A stretch of 63,681 bases of DNA, the filler included, from Octopus bimaculoides (taxonomy: Eukaryota), in assembly GCF_001194135.2 (NCBI RefSeq). It is 4 parts of 3 records of this genome, joined end to end, with 100 filler letters (N's around TTAATTAATTAA, not from the genome) between each part and the next. Parts side by side here need not be neighbours in the genome. Positions count along the whole stretch, not along the records: positions 1 to 28,231 come from NC_069003.1; positions 28,332 to 46,226 come from NC_068987.1; 2 more parts are not named here. One strand, given 5' to 3'. The translations under genes were made by a program, and so were the position numbers. The stretch's first letter is position 1. Each line of letters starts with the position of its first letter. The notes beneath the pieces are model-generated. The model made no database searches. It had not been told where the DNA came from and saw only the letters and a list, made by a program, of their open reading frames with translations. Positions 26,502-41,210 of this stretch are shown in pieces.

Positions 26502-26671
26502 CTTCAATTTTTCTGTAAGTGCTGCAGGGCCATTAGCATATAGATTGGTTATAACAACTGGTGTGTCCCCTAGTGTACTGCCAACTCCGCCTGCAATACT
26601 CAAACCTAATGAGCCATTGCTGTCATGAGCCACTTCTACTATACGTACATGGGAAATGTCTTCACTGGTAA
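26502..26671 (-). CDS. MPDZ: Internal coding exon, N-terminal half of penultimate PDZ (TSEDISHVRIVEVAHDSNGSLGLSIAGGVGSTLGDTPVVITNLYANGPAALTEKLK)
   Basis: 170 nt; acceptor gggttgtag (an alternative AG lies 7 nt inside), donor GTAAG, phase 0 out. LGLSIAGG-x-GS-x-LGD pattern fits the penultimate PDZ of MPDZ. The four exons total 668 nt; adding one upstream nt gives 223 codons including the stop. Confidence 0.92.
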
Positions 26672-27059
26672 CTACAACCCAAAGTAAGAGAGACAATATC
26701 AAAATTATGTACATTTTAACCAGATCAACATTTCATTTCAAAAATAACATCTGAAGGTCATGTTTTAAGGTTTTAAAGTTAACAGTAGTCATGATTTAAC
26801 ATTTAAGGTGAGAAAGTTAAAGACACTTTATGTAAAGACAAGATTATGATTGAAAGACGGTATAATTTCAAAATATTTAAGATTGTAAATTATGTTAGAT
26901 AGATGACACAGCAAGGTGATAGACATTAAAATTTCCAACTTCTGTGTAGTTGTTTTTTCCAAGGTTCTGAGTTCAAATCATATCATAATCGAATTTGTCA
27001 TTAATTTCTAATTCCTCCAAAGATCAATAAAATAAAAAGGCCCAGAAAAATCAGTTGTC

Positions 27060-27290
27060 TTTATAGTTACTGTCACATATAACATTAACCTAAATGTAAT
27101 AAATTACTTTAGTATGACAGCAAATCAATTTAAGATGAGATACAATCAGTATAAATATATATTAGAACACTCTCAACGAAGATTGATCATAAGTTTAGCA
27201 ACATATATATATATGGACATATATATATATATATATATATATGGACTTTGAATAACATAACCTACACTATCAATGACACCTTTCTATATA
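27060..27290 (+). mobile_element. Second Penelope GIY-YIG relic of the same family
   Basis: IVTVTYNINLNVINYFSMTANQFKMRYNQYKYI...SLATYI; alignable at DNA level to 22577-22690. Confidence 0.65.
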
Positions 27291-27945
27291 TTGTTATATA
27301 ATTTAATCACATAAATTCCTCTCATAAAAACAAACAAATAAAACAAATAGAGCTACTTGCTTTGTCAAAGGATATTGATATGGACAAGTCTAATTAAATC
27401 ATAATATTTAAAATGGCTCCTGTTTAGTCACCAGTATTCCCCTTTGGTGACAAAAGACTAATTAAGGCTCTGCAGATGAGAAGATAAAGTTACTATTTAT
27501 AAGATACAAAACACAATGAGGGTTTTAGAATTTTAATAAAGAAATCTGAATCCCAATAACCATAGTTAAATGTATGTATTCTTGAATGGAAAAGATGTTT
27601 TGCTTCTCTAGCATGAAATGGATAAGTTGATAAATCAGGCTGAACAGCTTCTAAGGGTTAAAATGATGTGTGTGTACATACATACATACACACACACACT
27701 CCTTCGCAATTTACTCTTATGTGAACATACAATCCTTCTTCTCACCTGTGTGTGTGTGTGCACGCACACACACACTGTTGAAATTAGCTAATCTATCTTG
27801 GCTGTTTCACAAAGACCTAACTTCTAGTGGTGGTGTATCAAAAGAAAAATAATAATTAGCATTAATGAATGGAAAATTGCTGCCAAAACTATTTCAGGAA
27901 TGGGCAGCAGACAATTACCTCATATTAAAGAAGGACTGAGTGATA

Positions 27946-27982
<37 letters not shown>

Positions 27983-28231
27983 CCTGCTTCTCCAACATAC
28001 TGAGAATTCAGAAATAGCAGTCAAGGAACTACTGATTTCAAAACTACAAATTACTCCAGATTGATAGCGATATTTTTGATACACACAGAACAAAAAACAA
28101 TAGAGAAGAGTAAAAAACACCTGCCTTTAGTTAATTTAGTACAATTGTTTCACAGTTAAGAGTACATAATACTCTATTCTGATCTTCAGCTAAATATTCT
28201 AATAAATTTGTTAATGTCTAAATAACTCACG

Positions 28232-28331
28232 NNNNNNNNNNNNNNNNNNNNNNNNNNNNNNNNNNNNNNNNNNNNTTAATTAATTAANNNNNNNNNNNNN
28301 NNNNNNNNNNNNNNNNNNNNNNNNNNNNNNN
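28232..28331. other. Artificial 100-bp scaffold join (44 N + TTAATTAATTAA + 44 N)
   Basis: Identical layout at 46227-46326 and 56141-56240. The 12-mer stops all six frames. Confidence 0.9.
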
Positions 28332-29287
28332 TATATATATATATATATGAATTTTTATCCCTTTCATAAAATGTACACTCTCACAAGTCTAATTCAACTG
28401 CCCTTGGCTTACTTCTACCTCTCTTTCTTCCACGCTTTCTCTTCCTCTCTTCTACATAATACTCCGTGCTTTTGTTCTCACTGACTCTACAGATTCTTCT
28501 CACCTTATTCCTCAACCACATTCCTCTCGCTGTGAGTTCTTTGCAGCAAACATATCTACAGTCACTGACTTTGAAATCGCTCTCTTCATTTCAGTATTAG
28601 TTTCGTGCTCTAACTCACTCTCTATCTGTCCATCTACACATCTCACCTATAACTGCTATTCTAACCCCTCTATCTTGCGTGTCAGTTATTGACGCTCCCA
28701 CTCTTTCCGTCTCTTGCTTATTTTCTCTGTCTCGCACATATGTACATACTGAATGTATGTATTATAATAAGTAAATAGAATATAATATATATTGCGCACA
28801 ACACACACACAAATGGGTGTGTGTGTGTGTGTATGTGTGTGTGCGTGTGTATATTTCCAAATATTTCTTCCTTTCCCAACTTTCTCCTCCAGTTCAAAAT
28901 TCATTCCCTCTATTTCTAGCTCTCTTTGAATACGCCACGTTCTGTCACAGCTACTCCATCTACACTCTCCCGTCTAACCTAAATAACCGAACATTCTTCG
29001 AACTGCCAGTACGGAGCTGCCAACATACCTACACAGACATGTAGTCCTGTTCCGCTTCCTCTCTCTACAATCTATTCAAGCACTCCTTCCTGTGCACAAA
29101 CCGAACTCGCCTCCATTGTTCAGCTGCCGTTGTTCATTTTACCCTTCCGTTCAGTTGGACTTCTCTCCACCTTTCAGTTCCTGCAGTTTCATTCAATTTT
29201 TAAAAATAAATGTATGCACTAACATATAGATTACTACCTGCAATGAGTAGCATATTAACACTTGTATTTATTCATATATTTAGCAAA

Positions 29288-29338
<51 letters not shown>

Positions 29339-30024
29339 TTATCTATCTATCTGTATGTAATCTCTCTCCATTTGTGTGCGTGTGTGTATACTAGTGCATA
29401 TTAGCACACACACACAAGTATGCATGTGTGTGTATATATATATGTGTGTNNNNNNNNNNNNNNNNNNNNNNNNNNNNNNNNNNNNNNNNNNNNNNNNNNN
29501 NNNNNNNNNNNNNNNNNNNNNNNNNNNNNNNNNNNNNNNNNNNNNNNNNNNNNNNNNNNNNNNNNNNNNNNNNNNNNNNNNNNNNNNNNNNNNNNNNNNN
29601 NNNNNNNNNNNNNNNNNATATATATATATATATATATATACGTGCGCGCACACGCATGCTCATACACACAGATACAAACAAGTATTCCAATACTAAGTAT
29701 AACTTGTCCTCTTTCCTTTTCCTTCTTCGTTCCCTCTGCGCAATGTCTCTCTATAACGTTCTCTCACTATGTACATACACGCAGCAACACGTACCTACAA
29801 ACATATTACTATATAATTACACTTGATCGGACGCTGTTCATTAAATCTATTACTTATACATTTTCCTCCTTTAATCCTAGCTTTTTACTTGCATAATTAT
29901 TTTGCCTATTCATTTTTTCTTTTCTTTTTTTTTTTTTTGAAACAAGCATATTGTCATTAACTTGCACGTATTTTTTCGATTCCTATATTAGTACGTGCTT
30001 TCTCTCCATCCATCCATCCATCCA

Positions 30025-30031
30025 TTCATCC

Positions 30032-30074
<43 letters not shown>

Positions 30075-30112
30075 CATCTATCCATCTATCTATCTATCTA
30101 TCTATCTATCTG

Positions 30113-30173
<61 letters not shown>
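30025..30173. repeat. (TATC)n microsatellite
   Basis: Directly visible. Representative of dozens of (TA)n, (CA)n, (GA)n, (TAA)n, (TACA)n and (GATA)n tracts across the window, many bordering N gaps. Confidence 0.97.
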
Positions 30174-30175
<2 letters not shown>

Positions 30176-30467
30176 CCTTCCACACATATTCACACAAATA
30201 TTTCTCCTCACATAAGCATACCCACTGGTGCAATCATACATACAGACAGATTTTTCCATCATTTTCTGCTGTTTTTCTTCATTGAATGGAACCTAGTCCC
30301 CATTCTTTTCATATATTTTTTTTACGCTTGCTTATATATTTTCGACTTACGTCTATTCACTTTCCACTTTTCGCTCTCTATATTCACATCTATCATTTCC
30401 TATCCTCAAACATTCTTGCTCCAGTTTTTCACCTCATTCCCAGATTAGACTCCATCCATTCGAACGT

Positions 30468-30549
<82 letters not shown>

Positions 30550-31245
30550 TTTCTGTAACTCCCCCTCTCTCATTTCCGTCAAAGTGTCCTATGTAATAAT
30601 TACGGTCCATACTACACTAATATTTCTGTTTTCTCTCTCTTTACTTACTATTAAATGATGCCTCACACCCATACTTTCTACCATACCTATTGCTGTATCC
30701 CCTTCTTTCGTTCCTACACTAGATTTAACCACTCACCTTAAGTGCTTCAAGAAGGATTCGGCTCCAAACTTTGTACGTACACATTAATCTAGCGAATATT
30801 TCTCTGGATGTAAGCAAAATAATAAAAAGTAAAAGAATAAAAAAGGCTCTACTTAATTCTTTTAGATATCTTTTCTTTATTTTCTTATACGCTTTATTCG
30901 TTCATTTAGCAATTTTTCCGTTTTATCTTTTTATTTTTTGAATTTTTCTCTCCGCTTTTTCTTTTTCTCCTTTTTCCGTCATTCCGCCTATTTCCTACAT
31001 CTATTCTTATTTCATCTAACTATTCCTTTTCTTTTCAATATTTACCAATTTCTCCTTATTATTTATTTATTTACTTCGACTTTTTGCTTTTGTAGTTTAT
31101 TCGGTCACTTTCTCGCTTTCCTCCTTCCCGGTTTCCTCCGTTTCTCTGCTAAATCTTTCTGTTAATTCCGTCAACCACTATCACAACCACCATCACTATC
31201 GACCATTTTCCTTTCTTTCACACACACACACACACATTCTACCTC

Positions 31246-31285
<40 letters not shown>

Positions 31286-31660
31286 TCTCTCTCGATTGTC
31301 TTTCATTTTATTATTGTTTTCTTCTCTTTCTACCCAACTACTTTCCTAAACCTTCCCATGTTAAACTTGACTTGCGTGAAATATCGATTGAGAGAATACT
31401 TTCTTGTAGTAGGTCCAGCAATAGCATTTACAGTTTCGACGGCTCTGCACTGGAATCAGTAGATTTTGTTACGTTGCTTATGTCCCAGACGGAAACAAAG
31501 AATGCCAAAGCCAAACGAACGGTGCACTAGAATATAGAACAGATATATATCGGAGTAGATCGGTACTTTGGATGGTGCGTGAATGCCCAGTTTTTGTTTA
31601 ACAACTCATATTTTGGCGGTAGCAATCATAACATTTATTTCTTATATACAAGACACTAGA

Positions 31661-31721
<61 letters not shown>

Positions 31722-32149
31722 GTGAAATTATGAATTTAGTTCACAACCTACCTTTGCGGATCCCAAGTAGGGAACCACTATGTTTGAACATAAAAAAGCT
31801 TGAGCTAATAAGAACATTTCCCCGACGCTTAACTGTTTCAAGTTTAAGCACAAAACAAGCAATTTCGGTTGATTACATTTACTACAGTACTTAACTGATG
31901 CTTTATTTTATCGATGCGTGAGAATGAAACGTAAAGTTGACCTCAGTGAGATTATAACTTAGAACGTATTTTTATAACTAAATACAGCAAAGTAAAGTAT
32001 CACTAGTCAAAAGTGTAAGACTAGAAATTTTGGGTGAGGGAGTTGTCGATTAAATGAACCCTAATACAATCACATCAATACCATATCGACAGACAATTCA
32101 ATTAAAATCCATATCATTCAAAGTCGTGTGTACATTGAATCTAATACAT

Positions 32150-32890
32150 AAAAATACGAAAAATGATGTGAGCAATAGAAGTGTGTGGTAGACACTTCAT
32201 TGTCACCGATAAATCAGAAAAGACATAAATAGACCAATGGGTAACGTACCTTAATTCTATAGGTATACTGTACAGTTACACTCCGCTCTACACACAAAGA
32301 AACAAAAGAAAAAACGCAAGTACGTTTCTACTTGTAAAACATTGAATGAAATAAGCCTAGATTTCAAGTTAACACCTGGTCCAGACAGACAATTTAACTT
32401 AAGATATATTTGCAATCACAAAATAATATAAGAACTATAAATGGAACACCAAACGACGGTTGTGTAATGTAACTCAAAAGTAACGAATCTGAACAGGAAC
32501 ATAATCACATTGAGAAAGTAGACTGTAAAGATACACTCAGCACTTAAAAAACACACTAAATATCAAAACAGAGTAAAACAAAACACTTGAATCCTTTAAG
32601 ACTCCTGACCAGCAAATACCAAATCTGAACATAACAAAAACAAATGAAATAAAGAAAATATACGGAAGATCTGATAATAGGAAATTCTAAAGATGGAAAT
32701 CATACTTTTGATAGTCTGGATGTGGGAATCATTAAAGAACTATAGCAACAGATTTTCTTATAAATATCTCAGAAAGATAAAATTCACCAATAAAATAGCA
32801 ACAGCAATAAAATATAATGCATATCTGTCCATCATAGTCTTAATGCAAACAAATGCAAAAATCAATATGACCAGGTTAACGAAATAATAT
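32150..32890 (+). mobile_element. Possible highly degraded Penelope/LINE RT remnant
   Basis: A-rich plus strand with short peptides (IVTDKSEK; KDGNHTFD) only reminiscent of PLE RT. Confidence 0.25.
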
Positions 32891-33649
32891 ACGAGGTGCC
32901 GTTGTTGGATGGAACACTGAGTACTCTTTGAGATCTATTCATGTAGGAATGCAGACACCCACCCCACAAAAATATAAATAAATAAATAAATAATAAGCGT
33001 GGGACATAAGCTTACAGAAAATTATAAGAGATAAGATTTCTAGATCCGTAATGAAATCAATAAAGAACTGCGCTAATGAAAAAGTACTACAGAAATAATA
33101 TATGTAATGTGGAAAATATCTGAAATCCACTAGAACCGGAAACAAGTGATCTTTGTTAAATCGCAAGGAATCGGGAGCTGTTAAAGCGAGAGCGATTCTT
33201 TGAATAGAGGAAAAGAAATATATGCAAGTATATGCAAGCAATTTTATTAAGATTTAAGTTGAAGTAAAACAAAAATTAATGCAACATCAAGAACATGATA
33301 AAGATGAGAGTTCTGGGAAGAGATGGATTAACACTGGACACGACTGTTTGAAAATACCAGTCCAGCATTGAATTAACTTTGGAAGCCATAACAACACTAG
33401 AATAGCCAAGATACTACAACTAAACGGCAGCATGAAAGAAAGATCTGGCGAGAACGTACATTTCTGTTTGAAATATGTAGCAGGGACGCATAAAGTTAGC
33501 AGTGACATTTAATAAGATATCGATGGAGTAGGTAGTGGTGGAAGGGGAGGAGAGGTGGAGGAAGATGAGATGAAGTGAAAGAGAAGCAAGAAAACAACAA
33601 CAATAGCAGAAACGAAAGAATGAAGAGATGCATCTCTATTGGTCGGTAG

Positions 33650-34020
33650 GTAGCACGTTAGCTATAATACTCTGTTAGAGATAGAGTATCTCTATTTCGT
33701 CTCAAGTTGGTAGAAAATTAATATTTGTCATGTTTACCGTCATTTAGTAAGGTATCTATACTTTTCATGATAGTCACTAATTAACTATTTGCCACGTTAT
33801 TCATTACATAGTACATCTGTATTCATCATGTTACCCCACATTCATTATTAATGTATTCGACATTTGTCATCTATATTTGTCAAGGTAGTTTGTAGTTAGT
33901 AGAGTACCTTTATTTGTCATGCTAGTAGAGTATCTAAATTCGATTTCATAATCTATTTCAGTGGAGTGTTTATATTTCTCATCTTAGTACAAAAGTCTAT
34001 ATCTATATCAGTCATCACTA
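33650..34020. repeat. Degenerate tandem low-complexity repeat
   Basis: Recurrent TATCTAT/ATTTGTCAT/TAGTAGAG words with no exact period. Confidence 0.35.
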
Positions 34021-34216
34021 TTTTTACCTTGTATAAATTAGACTAGATTGGGTAATGCTTCCTACCTTTTTTAAAGACTATAGGTTGTGATTTGAAGAAA
34101 TTTGGCTGCTATTTCCAGCACTGCACTAAGTTTTGGACTGCACAAAAGCTTCTTCAATGATGAAACAGTATTTGCCGTAAACACATACATTTACTCATAC
34201 ATGTGCGCATACATGT

Positions 34217-34253
<37 letters not shown>

Positions 34254-37200
34254 CTATAAAAGTCACATGTTCTCAACACTCAATTTTTCCCATTTAATCA
34301 AAGGTAGAGCAGATGCGTTCATGATCTTTGAATCCTCCTCGGACTATTAAGATTGATTCGGCTGATATTCAGTTTGAACAACGGTAGACTGATTCAGTGG
34401 TAGATTAAGAGACTTTGGTGTAAATTCAACAGTGTCATAGGTTTCGATATATCTGATACATGATCAGAAATTATAATCCAGCCACAATTTCATGCTATAA
34501 TCTATTATAACAGTATAGTCGGTATGAAAATGACGAGTTTCTAGAAAATTTATGTTTTTGATATTTTACCAGTTTTACTGACGAAAACGGAGACAGATTT
34601 CCCATATGCTGCGCCTGGAAGATGGTACATGAGAACAGATAATTGTCAACTTCTCCAGAAGATAGGAAACCGCGGGAAAGGGATGCTGGGAGTATTAAAA
34701 ACATGTTTTTACATGTTTCCCTTTTGACGTGAGAACTTTAACTAGGTTTTAAGTCCCATTCATTGATATCTTTCAGTTTTTGTGTTCTAGTACGTATAAT
34801 GTGCATACAGTTATAGAAAAATACAAGTACACAAGTAATAGTTGTTTCAAATTTTGGCACAAAACCAGCAACTTTAGAATATGCTAGTGCTCAAATGGTA
34901 CTCATATTATTGATGACAGAATGCAAGACAAAGGCGACTTCGGCGAGATTTGAACTCAGAACGTAAAGAGCCAGAAGACATACTGCTAAACATTTTGTCC
35001 GACACCTAACGATTCGAACTTGTACAGAAAAGGCTTAACACTTTAATATACAAGTAGCTATTGGAACAACTTTCAAATGCACAGTCGTATCCTTCAATTT
35101 GTATAAAACTGAAAATATTTAAAAGTTTCCAAATAATGATAAATATTTATATTACTCTTTGATAAAGACTAAAGTATATTAAATACAAATGAAAATAAAT
35201 TATCTCCTTGTGTGAATTTGCGATTAATTAAAAACATATAATTATATTACTTCATGAATTTATAATGAGATCAAGAAAGAACGGCAGTCAATAATCCTAC
35301 TAAATAAAAGGAAACCTTAAAACAAACTTAATCACAGTGTTATTGATGATTCATTTCATAAAACACAAGTAACTTTCCAAATAATAACACACGAAATTAG
35401 ATTAAGGTCAGTGAGACGGTTATAAATTCTTAGTAATATTAATTAAAAGGAAGCATCCCCACCCTTAAAATGTTTGTATATGAAACTAAATAAATAATTA
35501 GCCAGAACATTATAGTCTATATTTAATGAGTATATTTCAGACATGTGAAGTGAATGTGCAAGTAAATGGAAAGTGTTCTACTTCATGGTTACGCGGTTGC
35601 TACTTTTATGCATCATATAAGGAAAAGGAGGCCACTGTTATTGCTGATTCTCCTTAGAACATCCCATTTCATCCATGTCCATACTACCGTTTTGAGTATC
35701 TAGGATTACATTGAATAACGTGTCTTCCTTTCTAAAGAGAGAAATAGGAGAGAATTGCTATTTCCAACACCATCTAATAACTGGGTAAATGTCTCCTCGC
35801 TGGTGAGAAAAACCTAGTTGGTAGACGCAACATATCCACGTGCTTACATTAAAATGGAAATATCCTCAGCACTAGGCGTTCCTTGTCATAATCAGGCGTG
35901 AAACGGTTGCGTTCATATATTTTGTAACACTTCTGATATTGCTATGATTGGTACAGTTAATATTCAGGTTCAACAATGTTAAGTTTGGTGTCTGAAAGAC
36001 ATTTTAAGCAAGTGCAGAGTAAAGACACCCTGAACAGTAAGGCTAAGTAATCACCTTTCTTCACCAACAAGTCATCCTTGATGCACTCTCGTTGCTCTAC
36101 ACACAACAGTCAAATTTTCTCAATTCTGAGTGCTGTTTATAGCATGAAGGACATATTGGCCAATGTAACTGGCACTCCGTCGGTTACGATGACGAGGGTT
36201 ACATTTGATCCGATGAACGGAACAGCCTGCTTGTGAAATTAATGTAAGCCATGTTTAGGTGAAAGAGCTCATATCCTTTTCAGATCTAAGATCCTAACTG
36301 ACTGTTGAACAATAGATGTGAAATTTTCAGCGTTTGTAAACATATGTCGAAGAGTATTTTGAAGAAGTGGAAAATTCCGACTATACCTAATTAACTTGTC
36401 GCTATCTTTCCAGCCTTATAATTGAAGTTCTAAGGAGGATAACTCTTTTACCATTTTAAATTTAAAATGTTTACCTTTTCGTTTTCCGTTTTTCGTTTTT
36501 AACTTTTTAACCTTCCACGTTTGGTATATGCTTCCTTCTCAACTTATCGCCTTTCTTTTCTCATTCAATTTTTAGTTCGTAATGATTTGTACCTGATGAA
36601 TTTCTTTGAATTATTTCTCAACATATGAAACTATTAGTAGCACATAATAACACGTATTGTGTCTATTAAATAATATTTATCTCTCACCAGATTGAGTCTT
36701 TTTTTGTTAATTTCACCATCACAGAACAGTACATTNNNNNNNNNNNNNNNNNNNNNNNNNNNNNNNNNNNNNNNNNNNNNNNNNNNNNNNNNNNNNNNNN
36801 NNNNNNNNNNNATATATATATATATATATATACATATATACATGTATGTATATTTATGTGTGTATGTATATATACGTATATATATATATGTATGTATATG
36901 TATATATGTGTGTGTGTACGTACATACATGTGTATATGGAAACTGATACCTCTTAACTACGCGTGATTGCCAAAATTTTATCCCTCTGTAACATAGCAGT
37001 AAGTTGCAATAGAACATAGCAAGTGGAAAAAGTAACATTACCAAATGTTTTCTATAATATCTCGGTCAATACATTTTATCATCACATGTAGACTTTGACA
37101 ATACGTCGAAATATGATTCTTACATACTTGTAACACCTATCAATACAGGCTTCATAAATGTATATATAAATTACTGCAAAAATCAACAATGGCATTGTTC

Positions 37201-38179
37201 GAAATAGTGTCTGGGGTATTATAATTGTATTTTCTACAAGAACACGAAAGACTTGGCATTTTCTTAACGTTAGACATTTACCATCATAATCTCACTATAA
37301 TCGTATCTGTATTTCAGATGAACGCCAAACAAGATTAAAATTTTGAAATATTTGAATAATTGCAAATTTTGCATAGTAAAATTAACATATAACATCTAAG
37401 GAAATGAATTGAAGTAACATTTTCCAGATATTCAAGAAACTTCACAGTCAGAATTTATATGTAACGCATCAAAAATTACAATGCATTGAAAATTAACATA
37501 GCGCAATATCAACAATAATACACAAGTTGTCAATCTTTCCATCTACTTATCTAACGTCTAATGCATGTAGAAAATGTGTTGAAGGAAGAGTCGAGACTTT
37601 AAAAAATCTTGAATTATAGGAAGAAATTTGGAGAACAGTTTAATACAAACTGTGAATTTGAAGCAATGTCTAGATGAGGATAATATAACATACATATACA
37701 TGATGTTATTGTTTAAGCCCAGGTAAAACCTAATCGAGGTTAATTATTGTGAAGGGTCTCATGGAGATGGGCAAACCATTTTTCCTGCATTCTTTTAATA
37801 TCTATGAATAATTTGATGGTATACTTCTGACATACTGCAAGTAGGCATAGGGTTTCTCACAACGTATACGTAAGCCATGCAAGAGTAAAACACAGAAGAG
37901 AAACATAATCTAGAAAGGCAGGGTAGCAAAACACTTGTCATATTTGCTGTTACTATCAAGAGACACCTTAGATTGTATTTATTTAGTCAACCATCGATAC
38001 CCAGAGTTTGGTGTATTTGGTCATTGAAAGTTAAACGTTTTGGTCACATGTAAAGTTCAGCAGCGGTAATTTGATACGAACTGCAATCTCCTTCCTTAGT
38101 TTTTCGATCATTATTCATCGCTTGTGAGCGTATATATATATGTATGTACTTATGCATGTATGTATGTCTCTTTCTCTTC

Positions 38180-38212
<33 letters not shown>

Positions 38213-38213
38213 A

Positions 38214-38251
<38 letters not shown>

Positions 38252-38261
38252 NNNNNNNNNN

Positions 38262-38310
<49 letters not shown>

Positions 38311-40460
38311 CGTATAAGTATATATTTTCACAAATACTCATGTATTTACATACACACACACACGTACACACGTACACACGCACGCACACACACACATATA
38401 GCTTCGTTGTACAAAGAGCTGGGTGTATTCAAGTAAAATGATACACCATAAGGTATGACGAGGTAAAAGTATTTAATTAACACCCGAGTTTACAGTTATA
38501 AAACTACAAGCTCGTACAAGCAGGTCCCAGTAGAACTATCCTAAGATTAAACACCTGCACACTGAATGGTATTGGCGAAATATCTTCTGGTTATTCGTTT
38601 TGGAAGTAAATATAATTAAATATGTCTGTGCATAAACTACTACTCTGCAAAGTGTGTATGCAAGGTGAAACTGTTGGATGAATATTAATGTGTATTAGGT
38701 TATGTATGCAATTGTAAATACATAGAAGTGTATCCGGTGTTAAATGTAAACATATGATTTTACATTTATATAGTATTCAACTACACTTGAGTCTTTATAA
38801 TTCCATTACTTTTCGTGTGTATACGGACAAAATTAAAATTCTACATTTTGGCACAAAGTTACATATCAATATATGAAAAGACATATGCATATAATTTGAA
38901 ATATGTGTAAACAGGCGTTCCCAAGATAAATCTGTTTTAATTTAAATTTAGCAAACCACACACACTAACAGACGCGCGCGCGTGAACACACTTATTAACT
39001 TGCCTTGGCTCTTCAAATACTGAATGGAGTCAAAGGGGCATTGGCATTCTTTCGAGCATCATTTAAACCTAGCACCATCCTTCCCTATGTACTTGCGACC
39101 AATGCCGGATTGTTCTACAAAAACAAAGGTGAACTGAGAGACAGAAAGAATGAAAGAAAAAGAATTGGCTCTGTACACAAATGACGCTTTATTTTGCAAT
39201 TGTGAATGGAAGAATGGCAAAGTTGAGAACTCTGGGTTTAAAAGAATAAACTACTATACAATGAAAAATTTTAACTACACTTCTTGAGAAAAAAATATGT
39301 GATTAACAAGATATATTCGTTTACTCTGGGAGAGAATTTCGTCGCGTCTGATACAATCAAAACATTTAATGTAACTGTAGCCCACCTAAGCTGGAGCATC
39401 AACGTCAGTAACTAAATCGATGTGACCCGCAGGATTCTTACAACATTCCAGTCATGAGAAACGTAACGACAGCATGCTTAATTCTTTACCTGACCTCGTT
39501 CACACTAAAAATACAGTAGGTGAAAGTTATTTTTCCTATATCAAACAAAACGCGAGAAGTGAAACATACCCGAGGCCAGGTATGTGAGGCCATGATTATA
39601 TGAGTCGTCATGAAAGTTTAAATTCTATTCTCCCCAACGCTTCCTTGAGCCCTACATCATTGGTACGATGCATGGAGAAAATATTCCATCAGAATTGCCC
39701 AAACAATGGCAAGTTTGCAAACTAAGGAACATTGACCTCTTTTACCTTTTAGCTTGTACGAAACTTGGGCTCAAATCACATAGCAAAATTTGTAGATAAA
39801 CAGGATTAGCTTTACTCAATACTCTGTCGAAAGGAATATATCTAATATTAAAACGGCACCTCGGGCAAATTGTTCTTAAAATAGCAAGAAGAAACAGTAG
39901 CATTTGGATAAATTTCAGCTAACAGTTGATCCCTACTCTAGTGGTCGAGCGAATTCCCAAGATATTACTTTAAAACTTCACCAGAATTTTTTTAGATAGA
40001 GTCGACCAATTCTGGCATCAAAGCACAAGTTTATAAATAAGTATATCAATAATATCAAGATTATCAACAAACACACTGACACGTATATTAATACTATAGA
40101 TTATCTTTATTTCCGTGGTCGAGTAGCACATTGAAAAATGCTAGTCGGATAAATCCACCACAGTGCTCATTCTTTCGTTCCATAGTGTCAAACTGCTAAG
40201 TTACAGAGACGTAAACACACAAACAACGGTTGTCAACCGGTAGTGGGGGACAAACACAGGTAGAAAACATACTCACATATATGTCTTTTTTTTTTTGATT
40301 TTCCGCCTACCAAATTCGCTGACCAGGTTTGGTCAGTCCCAGGTTATATTAGAAGACAGCTTCCTCAGGTGCCATGCAGTGGGACTGACCCAGTCGAGAA
40401 GGAAGCTTCTCCCTACAGAGTTACACTTGTGTGTGTATGTGTGCGTGCGTGCGTGCGTGC

Positions 40461-40552
<92 letters not shown>

Positions 40553-41210
40553 ATGCGTGCGTGTGAGCGTGTGCGCATAATTGGTATGTGCTAGGAATCT
40601 GTTGGCTGCAAATGGGATAGTATGAAAATCTCGATACAAGATTGATGTGTTAATGTAGATTGAAAGGGTTTCTTTTTATGTGATAACATAGACTCACCGG
40701 ATAATCAAGGAGTTTCGTAAATATACATCAGTATATATAGTAGCATTCAAATGTTGAGATATGTGGTTAAACTGGTAACTGAACCAAAGTCAAAACAAAC
40801 GACAAGACATACTCGTACACATGAATTCAGGGTTAGAGTTGATGAATTTACAAGTATTAATTATGGTTGGAATAATGGCAACGATATTGCGTAAATACAA
40901 TAGCTGACAGATGCATATATACACTTATATAGGCGTTTATTAATGATCTGTGAACCCTTTTGAAAATGTATGCGACCAAATTTTCTATGAATGCATTGCG
41001 GAAACTTTTCTGAACGAGATTCGAGTAATAACATTTTTGTATGGAAGGAGTGTGATAAACCGGACATGGTGCAATGAATGATTAGAAGGAAAACTTTTCT
41101 AGCCAGATGCTATCGATCTGCAAAATATGACCTATTTAAAATATGATATTCATTTCACCTTAAAGAGCTAAATGGATATATATGTGTGTGAGTATGTGCG
41201 TGTACATATA

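Noticed and set aside
28001-28043. Possible small exon FEISSSLTAISEFS with GTATG donor
   Set aside because: Its phase-0 end fits neither acceptor of the next exon.
28276-28287. TTAATTAATTAA palindrome recurring three times
   Set aside because: Always centred in exactly 44+44 Ns; an assembly spacer, not biology.
34545-34730. CpG-rich open stretch on the plus strand (...DFPYAAPGRWYMRTDNCQLLQKIGNRGKG...)
   Set aside because: No recognisable domain, no convincing donor and no partner exons.
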